From Planctomycetota bacterium (GTDB lineage Bacteria; Planctomycetota; JAFGQW01), in the NCBI GenBank assembly GCA_016935485.1, contig JAFGQW010000084.1, positions 1,450 through 65,449 of the forward strand: DNA of 64,000 nucleotides, read 5' to 3'. A program made the position numbers and the translations under genes. Position 1 is the first letter of the stretch. Each line of letters begins with the position of its first letter. Shown piece by piece: positions 54,175 to 63,133 of the stretch. The notes under the pieces are model-generated. The model was not told the DNA's origin and did no database searches. It worked only from the letters and a program-made list of their open reading frames with translations.

Positions 54175-55920
54175 TCATGGCACCGGCACCGCGAAGCATC
54201 GGGTATTCTCCGCGTCCAGGAGCGCCGCGATCTCGCGGCGCGAGCCGAGCTTCAGCGCGCGCGCCGCGAGCCGTCGGGCCTCGCTCACGTTCACCTGCTG
54301 GATCCGTCGCCGGAGCGGCGGCAGCAGGAACGGCGAGACGCTCAGCCGCCGGTAGCCCAGCCCTAGCAGCAGCATCGTGTTCTCCAGGTCGGCCGCCATC
54401 TCGCCGCACATCGACAGGGACTTGTTCGCCGCACGCGCTGCGCGCGCCAGCTTCGCCAGCAGCGTGAGCATCGCGGGATGCAGGGGCTGGAAGAGATGCG
54501 CCACCCGCGGGTTACCGCGATCGACGGCCAGGGTGTACTGCGTCAGATCGTTGGTGCCCACGCTGATGAAATCCGCCAGCGCCAGCAGGCTCCGGATGTT
54601 GAGCGCGGCCGCGGGCACCTCCACCAGCACGCCAAGTGGAACGTCGGCGCGGTGCTCGACGCCCTCCGCTTCGAGCTTCGCGCTGGCCTCCCGGAAGATC
54701 TCTCGCGCGCGCTCCAGCTCGCTGCGCGTGGTGATCAGCGGCAGCATCGCCCAGGCGTTGCCGTACACCGCCGCCCGCAGGATGGCGCGGATCTGCGGCA
54801 AGATGATCTCGGGCCGCTGCAGGCACAGCCGGATGGAGCGGCACCCCATCATGGGGTTGTCCTCGTGGCCGGCCTTGAGGTAGCTGATCACCTTGTCCCC
54901 GCCCGCATCCAGGGTGCGGATCACGACCTCCTTGCCGGCCGCCCGCTCGCACAGGTCCCGGTAGATCCGGAACTGCTCCTCCTCGCTCGGCAGCCGGTTC
55001 GAGGTCATGAAGAAGTACTCGGTCCGGAAGAGTCCCACGCCGTCCACCGTCTTGACGATCTCCGCCGTCATGTCCTCCGGCCGGTTGACGTTGGCCAGCA
55101 GCGTGACCCGCACGCCGTCCCGCGTGTGCACCGGACCCGCCTCGTACAGCTCGCAGACATCGGCCCGGATCGTGGCCTGGCGCTGGCGGTACGCCGCGAG
55201 CGTCGCGGGCTTCGGATTGACGATCACCGTGCCCGTGGTGCCGTCGACGATCAGGCGCGCCGCCGGATGCAGCGCCGAGAGCAGGCCCGGAATCCCGCAC
55301 ACCGCCGGAATGCCGTAGGAGCGGGCGAGGATCGCCGTGTGCGACGTCGCCCCGCCCAGCTCCGAGATGACGCCCAGCAGCTTGGCGCGGTCGATCCGGG
55401 CGGTCTGGGACGGCAGGAGCTCGCGGGCCGCCACCACGAACGGCTCCTCCGGGGTGAGGATGGCGCGCTGGTAGCGATCGATGTGCATGTTGAGGAGCTG
55501 TGTGCACACGTCCTTGATGTCGATCGCGCGCTCCCGGATGAGGATCTCCTCGAAGGCGTCGAACTTCTCCTCGTAGCTCTCCATCACCGTGGTGATGGCC
55601 GCGGCCAGCGACCGCTGGTTCTCCGCCACCTGCCGCTCGATCTCCCCGACGAGGCTGGGGTCCTCGAGCAGCATGAGGTGCGTGCGGCGGATCCCCTTCT
55701 CGGGTCCGGTGGCGGAGGCCTGGGCGCGCTCGATCTCCTGCTTCAAGGCCGTGACGGCGGCGCGGAGACTGTCGAGCTCCCGATCGATCTCGCTCGGCTT
55801 GACGGTGGCCGCGTCCCGGTCGACGGCGGGCAGCCCGACCAGGAAGAGCCGCCCGATGGCGATGCCCGGCGAGACGGGCAAACCGCGCAGGACGACCTCG
55901 CCGGCCTTTCTCGGGTTCAT
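54175..55920 (-). CDS. ptsI: Phosphoenolpyruvate-protein phosphotransferase (PTS Enzyme I).
   Basis: Start at the internal ATG (MNPRKAG) with an AAGGAGAG RBS. EI signatures (GGATSHTAILARSYGIPAV active-site His region, PEP-utilising C-terminal domain motifs). 581 aa. Confidence 0.92.
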   Translation of the reverse strand: MNPRKAGEVVLRGLPVSPGIAIGRLFLVGLPAVDRDAATVKPSEIDRELDSLRAAVTALKQEIERAQASATGPEKGIRRTHLMLLEDPSLVGEIERQVAENQRSLAAAITTVMESYEEKFDAFEEILIRERAIDIKDVCTQLLNMHIDRYQRAILTPEEPFVVAARELLPSQTARIDRAKLLGVISELGGATSHTAILARSYGIPAVCGIPGLLSALHPAARLIVDGTTGTVIVNPKPATLAAYRQRQATIRADVCELYEAGPVHTRDGVRVTLLANVNRPEDMTAEIVKTVDGVGLFRTEYFFMTSNRLPSEEEQFRIYRDLCERAAGKEVVIRTLDAGGDKVISYLKAGHEDNPMMGCRSIRLCLQRPEIILPQIRAILRAAVYGNAWAMLPLITTRSELERAREIFREASAKLEAEGVEHRADVPLGVLVEVPAAALNIRSLLALADFISVGTNDLTQYTLAVDRGNPRVAHLFQPLHPAMLTLLAKLARAARAANKSLSMCGEMAADLENTMLLLGLGYRRLSVSPFLLPPLRRRIQQVNVSEARRLAARALKLGSRREIAALLDAENTRCFAVPVP

Positions 55921-56136
55921 GACTCTCCTTGTTGCATCGATCGGGCACGATCTCAAGGGCGGCGTGCGCCCGGCCGTGGAAATGGCGCCGCGTAAAGGTT
56001 CCCGCGCCGGCTTTGACGATGGAAGCCCTGCGGACTACGATGGCCCGGGTCCGGCCCCGCGCTCCCGGTCGGGCCCGCGAGGCGCCGGGTCGGCAGACCG
56101 GAGCCCGATGGACCGCGCTGCCGGCGAAGGCCAGCC

Positions 56137-57768
56137 ATGACGGACGACACGCCGCCCTCCCGCTCCCGGGTCGGCCAGCTCGTGATCAACGTCGTTGCCA
56201 ACTACGGCTACTACGCCGTCGGCATGGTCGTCGGCGTCGTGCTCACGCCTTTTCTGAACAACCGCCTCGGCCGCGAGGTGTTCGGCGAGTGGTTCTTCCT
56301 GATCGGGCTGACGCTCTACTTCTCGCTCGCCGATGCCGGCTTCAATGCGGCCACTGTGAAGTACGTCTCCGAGCACCTGGCGCGCCGGGAGTGGGCGGCG
56401 GCCGGCCGCATCATGGCGGCCAGCCTGCGGTTCTTCGTGGCGATCGCGGCCGCCTTCGCGCTGCTCGCCGTGGGGACCGTGCTCTTCCCCCGTTACCTCG
56501 TGCTCCCCGCCCTCATCGCCGGAGCGCTCCAGTTCCTCTCCGCCCACACCGGGATCGTCGTGCTGGCGATCATCCTCGGCAACTGGGCGGTCGAGATGGC
56601 CTTCGCGCCGTTCAACGCCGCGCTGTTCGGGGCGCAGCGCTACGATCTGGCGCGCGCCGTCGCCGTGCTGGCCCGCCTCGCGAAGTTCGCCGCCATCCTC
56701 GTGCTGATCGGGCTCGGCCATGGCGTGATCGCGCTCGCGCTGGTCACCGTCGGCGAGGCGCTGCTGCGCGGGCTGTTCCAGTGGTGGCTGGTGCGCCGGA
56801 AGATCCCCGAGCTGCCGCTGGGCTTCTCGGGAGCCCAGCCCGAGACCTACCGGAAGTTCTTCCGGTTCAGCGCCTGGATCGTGGTCTCGAACCTTGCGTA
56901 CAAGCTCATCATGCTGTCCGACATCCCGCTCGTGCAGTTCACGCGCGCCGGCGAGCGAGAGAACGTGCTCTACAACGCCGCGATGCAACCGATCCTCGAG
57001 ACGGAGCAGCTGCTCTGGGCGCTGGCGCAGGTCCTCGTCCCGTTCGCCGCCGCCGGTGCCGCTCTGGCCGACCGACGCCTCCTCCAGGAGACGATCGTCC
57101 GCGGCGCCCGGTTCACGCTGCTGATGGCGCTGCCGATCCTCACCTACCTCCTGCTCGGCGGGCGCGGGCTGTACGGCGCCTGGATGTACCACGAGAAAGA
57201 GTTCCCGCTCGAGCATGTGGCCCAGGCGCAGCTGCTGCTGTGGATCCTCGCCCCCGCTTTCCTGCTGCTCTTCCTGCAGCAGCCGGCCATCGCGGTCTTC
57301 GTCGGCAGCGGCCGCGTGCGCGTGCCGGCGCTCCTCAATCTCGTGCAGGGCGTCGTGAAGATCGCCCTCAGCCTCTGGCTCGTCCAGTACTTCGGCCTGG
57401 CCGGAATCGCGCTCGGCACGGTCATTCCGCTGGCCGTGGTGAACGGCCTGGTGTTTCCCCGGTTCGTCCGCCGCGAGCTCGGCGTGGGCTGGGGCGATCT
57501 GTGCCGCGGTGCCCTCCTGCCGGCCGGCGCCACCGCGCTGATCGCCGGCCCGCTCGCCTGGCTGTGGCTCGAGCTGACCGGGGCGGCAGCGATGGACCAG
57601 TGGCGGTTTCGCTACCAGATCCCCATCGCGCTGGGCGTCGCGCTGCTCTTCGCCGCGACCGCATGGTTCACCGGGCTCAAGGCCGACGACCGGCGCTGGA
57701 TCCGGGCGCGTCTGCCGTTTCGCCGCCGCCGACCGGGGCCGCTTTCCCCGGAGCCGCCGGCGAAGTAG
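56137..57768 (+). CDS. Polysaccharide/oligosaccharide flippase (MOP superfamily, Wzx/MurJ-like).
   Basis: 543 aa. About 14 TM helices. Typical N-terminus (VINVVANYGYYAVGMVVGVVLTPFL). Confidence 0.72.
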   Translation: MTDDTPPSRSRVGQLVINVVANYGYYAVGMVVGVVLTPFLNNRLGREVFGEWFFLIGLTLYFSLADAGFNAATVKYVSEHLARREWAAAGRIMAASLRFFVAIAAAFALLAVGTVLFPRYLVLPALIAGALQFLSAHTGIVVLAIILGNWAVEMAFAPFNAALFGAQRYDLARAVAVLARLAKFAAILVLIGLGHGVIALALVTVGEALLRGLFQWWLVRRKIPELPLGFSGAQPETYRKFFRFSAWIVVSNLAYKLIMLSDIPLVQFTRAGERENVLYNAAMQPILETEQLLWALAQVLVPFAAAGAALADRRLLQETIVRGARFTLLMALPILTYLLLGGRGLYGAWMYHEKEFPLEHVAQAQLLLWILAPAFLLLFLQQPAIAVFVGSGRVRVPALLNLVQGVVKIALSLWLVQYFGLAGIALGTVIPLAVVNGLVFPRFVRRELGVGWGDLCRGALLPAGATALIAGPLAWLWLELTGAAAMDQWRFRYQIPIALGVALLFAATAWFTGLKADDRRWIRARLPFRRRRPGPLSPEPPAK

Positions 57769-57860
57769 CGCCCGCACGGCGGGGGCGCGTTTGACTTCTG
57801 CCCACAAACGGCGCTAACTGGTGGAGCAAGCATGCTCGTGCCGCCCAGGGAGTCATATCC

Positions 57861-58925
57861 TTGTCCTTGAGAAACCTCTTCGACGTCGGTCCCGAGGAGC
57901 TCCGGGCGTTCGTCGCCGGGCTGGGCGCGCCGCGATTCTGCGCCGAGCAGGTCCTGCACTGGATCTACCGGCGGCGGGCCGATCGCTTCGGTGCGATGGC
58001 CAATGTCCCCGCGTCCGTGCGGCGCGCGCTTCAAGCCGAGTACCGCTTCGGCGTCCTTGCCCTGCTCGAACGCCAGCAGAGCGGCCGGGATCTCACCACC
58101 AAGTTCCTGCTGGGGCTGCCGGAAGGCGACGGGATCGAAGCGGTCTTCATGCGCGACCGCGACCGCGTCACCGGCTGCCTCTCCGTGCAGGCCGGCTGTC
58201 CGCTCGCCTGCCGGTTCTGCGCCACCGGCTACGCGGGCTTCACCCGCAACCTGAGCGCCGGCGAGATCGTCGAGCAGCTGCACATCATCGCCCGCACCCT
58301 CGATCCGCCCACCCATGTCGTCTACATGGGCATGGGCGAGCCGCTCCTCAACGTGGCCGCGGTGATGGATTCCATCCGGCGGCTGACCGACCCGGCCGCC
58401 TTCGGTCTGTCCCCGCGGCGGATCACGGTCTCGACCGCGGGGATCGTGCCGGGCATCGAGCGCCTCGCCACGCTCGAGCGGCCGGTGAACCTGGCGCTGA
58501 GCCTCCACGCTCCGAACGACGCGCTGCGCGCCGAGCTGATGCCCATCAACCGCCAGTATCCCCTGGACCGGGTGATCCCCGCGCTCAAGCGCTATCTCCG
58601 CGAGACCGGGCGGAGAATCACGCTCGAGTACATCATGATCGCCGGGTGCAACATGGAGGCGGCGCACGCTGCCGAGCTGGCCGCAATCGCGCGCGAGAAC
58701 GCGGCGCGGATCAACCTTGTCGCGTTCAACCCGGTGCGCGAGAGCGGCTTGCGGACCCCCAGCGCCGAGGAGGAAGGCGCGTTTCGCGACCGGCTCCGCG
58801 CGCTGGGCGCGGACGCCATGATCCGGTTTCGGCGCGGCCGCGACATCAACGCTGCCTGCGGTCAGCTCCGCGGCCGGCGCCTCGAGACCCGCAGCGAACC
58901 CGACCGCACAGCGCGGCGGCGCTAG
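57861..58925 (+). CDS. rlmN: 23S rRNA/tRNA (adenine-C2)-methyltransferase, radical SAM.
   Basis: Cx3Cx2C (CPLACRFCATG). RlmN-specific downstream motifs (MGMGEPLLN, Cys in GCN...). 354 aa. Confidence 0.92.
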   Translation: MSLRNLFDVGPEELRAFVAGLGAPRFCAEQVLHWIYRRRADRFGAMANVPASVRRALQAEYRFGVLALLERQQSGRDLTTKFLLGLPEGDGIEAVFMRDRDRVTGCLSVQAGCPLACRFCATGYAGFTRNLSAGEIVEQLHIIARTLDPPTHVVYMGMGEPLLNVAAVMDSIRRLTDPAAFGLSPRRITVSTAGIVPGIERLATLERPVNLALSLHAPNDALRAELMPINRQYPLDRVIPALKRYLRETGRRITLEYIMIAGCNMEAAHAAELAAIARENAARINLVAFNPVRESGLRTPSAEEEGAFRDRLRALGADAMIRFRRGRDINAACGQLRGRRLETRSEPDRTARRR

Positions 58926-59068
58926 CGGTCGTTGAACTTGTCCCAGATCGCCCGACCCCGGCGCCGACGGCGCCTCAGGATCGCCCGGCCGCCCCGGGTC
59001 TTCATCCGGGTGCGGAACCCGAACCGCTTCTTCGCCTTCAAGGTGGACTTGCGTATGCGAACTTTCAT
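58922..59068 (-). CDS. rpmH: 50S ribosomal protein L34.
   Basis: 48-aa product MKVRIRKSTLKAKKRFGFRTRMKTRGGRAILRRRRRRGR... matches the L34 consensus core (HGFRxRMxTxxGRxVLxRRRxKGR). Convergent with rlmN, overlapping by 4 nt. Confidence 0.72.
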   Translation of the reverse strand: MKVRIRKSTLKAKKRFGFRTRMKTRGGRAILRRRRRRGRAIWDKFNDR

Positions 59069-59377
59069 GGGCGCACCCGATCTGAGTGGCGTCACTCCCT
59101 GGGCCGGGCTCGACGGGATCCCGCCCGGTGCTCCGCGCCTCCGGACCGCTCGGCCGGGCGCGGGGAGTGCAAGCATAGCCCGGAATCCCCGCTTGACCAG
59201 CGTTTTCGGCGCGTGCCGCCCCGCCCGGTCGGCGCGCGCCCGCGCCCTGCCCGGGGCATTCCGCTTTCGCCTCGAAGATGCTACGCTGGTCGAGGACTGG
59301 CCGGTCGCGGGGGGCCGGGGGCAGGCGCCCTGTGGCGCGCCTTGAAGAACGACCACGAAGCCGAGGAGAGCGGAATC

Positions 59378-61159
59378 ATGCAGCGTGTGTGTCGCAGCGC
59401 CATCGCCCTGGCGCTCGCCTGCCTGCTGGGCGGGGCCCTTGTGGCCCAAGAGCAGCGCGCCTGGGTGCGCGTGCACCATCCCGCGCCGGCGGCGCTCGCC
59501 GCCGCGCTCGAAGCGGCCGGCTACGACGTGGCCGCGCTGCGCCAGGGGCCGGCCCGGGACGGGGTTGACGTGATCGTCACTGCGCCCCAGCTGAACCGGC
59601 TGATCCAGGCTGGACTCGCGGTGGAGGTGCTGGCGGGCTTCGGCGAGGACGCGCCGCCGGATCCCATGTTCAAGACCGACGCGGAGGTCGTGGAGATTCT
59701 CCAGGCTGCCGCTCATGCCTACCCCGCCATTGCCCGCGCCGTGAACCTCAACGCGGATCTCGGCCTGCCGCTCACGCACGAGAAGCGGGCGCTCTGGGCG
59801 CTGAAGATCTCGGACAACGTCGGCCAGGACGAGGACGAGGAAGCGATCCTCATCTACGCCTGCGAGCACGCCCGCGAGCTGCTCTCGATCGAGGTGGTCC
59901 TCTACGCGCTGGACCAGCTGCTGAAGGGCTACAACCAGGATCCCCAGATCACGCGCTGGATCGACACCAAGGAGATCTGGCTGGTGCCCAACGTGAACCC
60001 GGACGGACTCGCCTATGTCTGGTCCACGAACAACATGTGGCGCAAAAACCGCACGCCCTACGGCAGCTACTTCGGCGTCGATGTGAACCGGAACTTCGGC
60101 ATGGGCTGGTCCTCGACCTGTGCGGGGTCCACGAACCCGGGCAGCGACACCTACAAGGGTCCCGCTCCCTTCAGCGAGGTGGAGACCCAGGTGATCCGCG
60201 ATCTGCACAAGCGCGAGCACTTCGCCAAGGTCTCAAGCAACCACAACTACGGCCGCGAGGTGCTCTACCCCTTGCTCTGCAGCGCGGGCGGGGTGCCCGG
60301 GACCCTCTACACCTACCTCAAGGGACTCGACGCCACGATGGCGGCCACCATGACCTACACGAACCGCAATCCGAGCGCCGAGGGCGAGGGCTACCAGTGG
60401 TGCTTCCAGTGGAACGGCTCGTTCGGCATGGTGATCGAGAGCGGCACCTCCTTCCAGCCTTCCTGGTCGACCGTGGACGCGGAGGTCAAGCGCGTGTGGC
60501 CGGGGCTCCGATGGCTGATCGACCTCCCGATCCCGCTGAGCGGCCACGTCACCAACCGCTACACCGGCGGCCCGGTGCGCGCAGACATCGCCGTCGAAGG
60601 CTATGTCTACGGCAACGGCGAGACGCGCTTCAGCGAAGCCCGGGGCGGGCGCTACCACTACTTCCTGCCGGACGGCAGCTTCAACCTGACGTTTACCGCC
60701 GACGGCTACGTGCCCAAGGTCGTGCCGGCCGTCAAGGTCAGTGCAGCCGGCACCGTGCTCAACGTGGCGCTGGAGCCCTCGGCCACCCTGACCGTCACCG
60801 GCCCGGCGCGGATCGGCACCACGGTGGGGCTCACCCTCGAAGACCCCGGCATGCCGCTCAAGGCCTACGCCATGCACGCTGCGCTGACGACCACGCCGCC
60901 GATCAACCTGGGTCACGGCGACCTCGTGCCGCTGGGTCCCGACTTCCTGTTCTTCCTGTCCCCGCAGCTCACGGGGATCTTCCAGAACTACTACGGCGTG
61001 CTCGACGCGGCGGCCCGCGCCACGGCCCGCGCCGTGCTGCCGCGGGAGCCGGCCTTCGTCGGGCTCACTGTCCATCACGCGTTCGTGAGCATCGACCCCG
61101 CGGCCCCGAACGGCATCGGCCACGTGTCCGGACCGGCGAGCTTCCAGATTGTGCCCTGA
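59378..61159 (+). CDS. Secreted M14-family zinc carboxypeptidase with C-terminal beta-sandwich extension(s).
   Basis: Signal peptide. Zn ligands H-x-x-E (HARE). NPDG, VDVNRNF and the catalytic Glu region. A GAGGAGAG RBS lies 8 nt upstream. 593 aa. Confidence 0.86.
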   Translation: MQRVCRSAIALALACLLGGALVAQEQRAWVRVHHPAPAALAAALEAAGYDVAALRQGPARDGVDVIVTAPQLNRLIQAGLAVEVLAGFGEDAPPDPMFKTDAEVVEILQAAAHAYPAIARAVNLNADLGLPLTHEKRALWALKISDNVGQDEDEEAILIYACEHARELLSIEVVLYALDQLLKGYNQDPQITRWIDTKEIWLVPNVNPDGLAYVWSTNNMWRKNRTPYGSYFGVDVNRNFGMGWSSTCAGSTNPGSDTYKGPAPFSEVETQVIRDLHKREHFAKVSSNHNYGREVLYPLLCSAGGVPGTLYTYLKGLDATMAATMTYTNRNPSAEGEGYQWCFQWNGSFGMVIESGTSFQPSWSTVDAEVKRVWPGLRWLIDLPIPLSGHVTNRYTGGPVRADIAVEGYVYGNGETRFSEARGGRYHYFLPDGSFNLTFTADGYVPKVVPAVKVSAAGTVLNVALEPSATLTVTGPARIGTTVGLTLEDPGMPLKAYAMHAALTTTPPINLGHGDLVPLGPDFLFFLSPQLTGIFQNYYGVLDAAARATARAVLPREPAFVGLTVHHAFVSIDPAAPNGIGHVSGPASFQIVP

Positions 61160-61197
61160 CGCACCGCCACCGGCTGCAAGACGGAACGGGAGAACGC

Positions 61198-61605
61198 ATG
61201 CCCGCGCCACCCGACCTGCCGATCGAGACGATTCCCAACCCCAACCCCGAGCGGCCCTACGACGTGGCGATCGAGTGCCCGGAGTTCACGTGCCTGTGCC
61301 CGCGCACCGGCCAGCCCGACTTCGCCACGATCCGCATCGCCTACGTGCCGGCCGCGCGCCTCGTGGAGCTGAAGAGTCTCAAGCTCTACCTCGGACGCTA
61401 CCGCGAGCAGGGCCTCTTCCACGAGGCAGCCGCAAACCGCGTCCTGGACGACCTGGTGGCAGCGCTCGCACCGCGCCGGCTGGAGGTCGTGGCCGACTTC
61501 AACGTGCGCGGCGGCCTCCACACCGTGGTCACCGTGAAGTACCGGGATCCGGCGGTCGAGGCCGGCGGCCCGGCGGCCGCCGCGCCCTCGCGTCAGAACG
61601 TGTAG
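61198..61605 (+). CDS. queF: NADPH-dependent 7-cyano-7-deazaguanine (preQ0) reductase.
   Basis: QueF motif E(C)PEFTxLCPxTGQPDF with the catalytic Cys. 135 aa. GGGAGAA RBS. Confidence 0.9.
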   Translation: MPAPPDLPIETIPNPNPERPYDVAIECPEFTCLCPRTGQPDFATIRIAYVPAARLVELKSLKLYLGRYREQGLFHEAAANRVLDDLVAALAPRRLEVVADFNVRGGLHTVVTVKYRDPAVEAGGPAAAAPSRQNV

Positions 61606-62858
61606 CCGTCCGGAAGCGTGGTGCGCCGCGGCACCACGATGATCCCCTCCCGCACGCAGATCTCGTCGCTCTCGTAGTGCACGTGACCCGCCGCATTGAC
61701 GAGCTCGACGCCGCGGCCAATGCGGGTGTCCTTGTCGATGATGGCGTTCGTGATGATCGAACCGTCCCCCACCCCCAGCGGGACGGCGTGCGCCGGCCCC
61801 GCCGGCTCGTCGTAGAACTCCGCGCCCATGTGGATCACGTTCTCGAGGACGACGTTCTTGCGGATCACGGAGCGCACGCCGAGCATGGCCCGCACGAGCC
61901 GCGCGCCCTCCACCTGGCCGCCGTCCGCCAGCAACGCGTTGGTGATCTCCGCGCGGAAGACGCGCGCCGGAGGCAGGAACCGCGGCCGCGTGTAGACCGG
62001 CCGGTGCGGGTCGTAGAAGTTGAACGCCGGATCCGTGTCGGTCATGGCTAGGTTGGCGTCGAAGAAGCTGCGGATCGTCCCGATGTCCTCCCAGTAGCCG
62101 CCGTAGACGTAGCCGAAGACCGGCCGGTGGTGGATGGCGAACGGAAAGACGTCGCGGCCGAAATCGTCGCCCGCCACCTCGCGCAGCACCGCCTCGGACG
62201 CCGCCGCCCGGATGGCGTAGATACCCATCGACGCGAGGTAGCAGCGCGCGCCGTCGCCGACCCCGAAGCGGCGGAGCGCCTCGCGGTCCGACGCCATCTC
62301 GTCGAGGACTCGTGCGTCCTTCGGCTTCTCCTCGAAGCGCACCACCCGGCTGTCCCGGTCCAGCTTCACCAGCCCGAAGCGCGGTGCCTCCGCGCGCGCC
62401 ACCGGATGCAGCGCCACCGTCATGTCGGCCTCGGTCTGGCGGTGGAACTGGACCATCTCGACAAAATCCAGGCGGTAGAGCTGGTCGCCCGAGAGGATCA
62501 GCAGGTCGCGCACGTGGGGCAGCGCGAACGCGTCCAGGTTCTGGCGCACGGCGTCGGCGGTGCCCTGGTACCAGTCCTCGCGCGTGAGGCTCTGCTGGGC
62601 GGCCAGGATCTCCACGAAGGAGGCCGAGAACGCGTGCGGCGGGTAGGCCTGGCCGACGTGCCGGTTGAGCGAGCGCGAGTTGAACTGCGTCAGGATGTAG
62701 ACGCGGTCGATGCCGCAGTACAGGCAGTTGGAGATGGGCACGTCCACCAGGCGGTACTTGCACCCGATCGGCACGGCAGGCTTGGCGCGGTAGCGGGTGA
62801 GCGGGTCGAGCCGCGTGCCCCGCCCGCCGCCCAGGATGACGCCCAGCACCTCCATCAT
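61593..62858 (-). CDS. glgC: Glucose-1-phosphate adenylyltransferase (ADP-glucose pyrophosphorylase).
   Basis: Start at MMEVLGVILGGGRGTRL with a GGAGGA RBS. GlgC motifs (AKPAVPIGCKYRLVDVP, left-handed beta-helix C-terminal domain). 421 aa. The 3' end overlaps queF by 13 nt (convergent). Confidence 0.94.
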   Translation of the reverse strand: MMEVLGVILGGGRGTRLDPLTRYRAKPAVPIGCKYRLVDVPISNCLYCGIDRVYILTQFNSRSLNRHVGQAYPPHAFSASFVEILAAQQSLTREDWYQGTADAVRQNLDAFALPHVRDLLILSGDQLYRLDFVEMVQFHRQTEADMTVALHPVARAEAPRFGLVKLDRDSRVVRFEEKPKDARVLDEMASDREALRRFGVGDGARCYLASMGIYAIRAAASEAVLREVAGDDFGRDVFPFAIHHRPVFGYVYGGYWEDIGTIRSFFDANLAMTDTDPAFNFYDPHRPVYTRPRFLPPARVFRAEITNALLADGGQVEGARLVRAMLGVRSVIRKNVVLENVIHMGAEFYDEPAGPAHAVPLGVGDGSIITNAIIDKDTRIGRGVELVNAAGHVHYESDEICVREGIIVVPRRTTLPDGYTF

Positions 62859-63133
62859 CGGTCTCGGTCCTCCCTCGCCTGACGGCGGCCCGCAACGCCC
62901 CGGGGCGGGACCGGCCCCCGCCGTGGCGGCGGCCGCGCGTCGCGGCGAGCATCGTAGCATCCCGGCGGCCGCGCCCCAAATGCGAGCGGGGCGATTTTCC
63001 GGCGGCGGGCCGGCGCACGGTGCTACAATTCGTCCCCGCCGGGCGCGGCCGGCGGCGCGCACCGGCCCGCGCTCGTCCGCGAGCCGAGCGCCGCCGCGAG
63101 CGGCCGGGAGCGGCGCGGACCGCGGCGGGAGAA

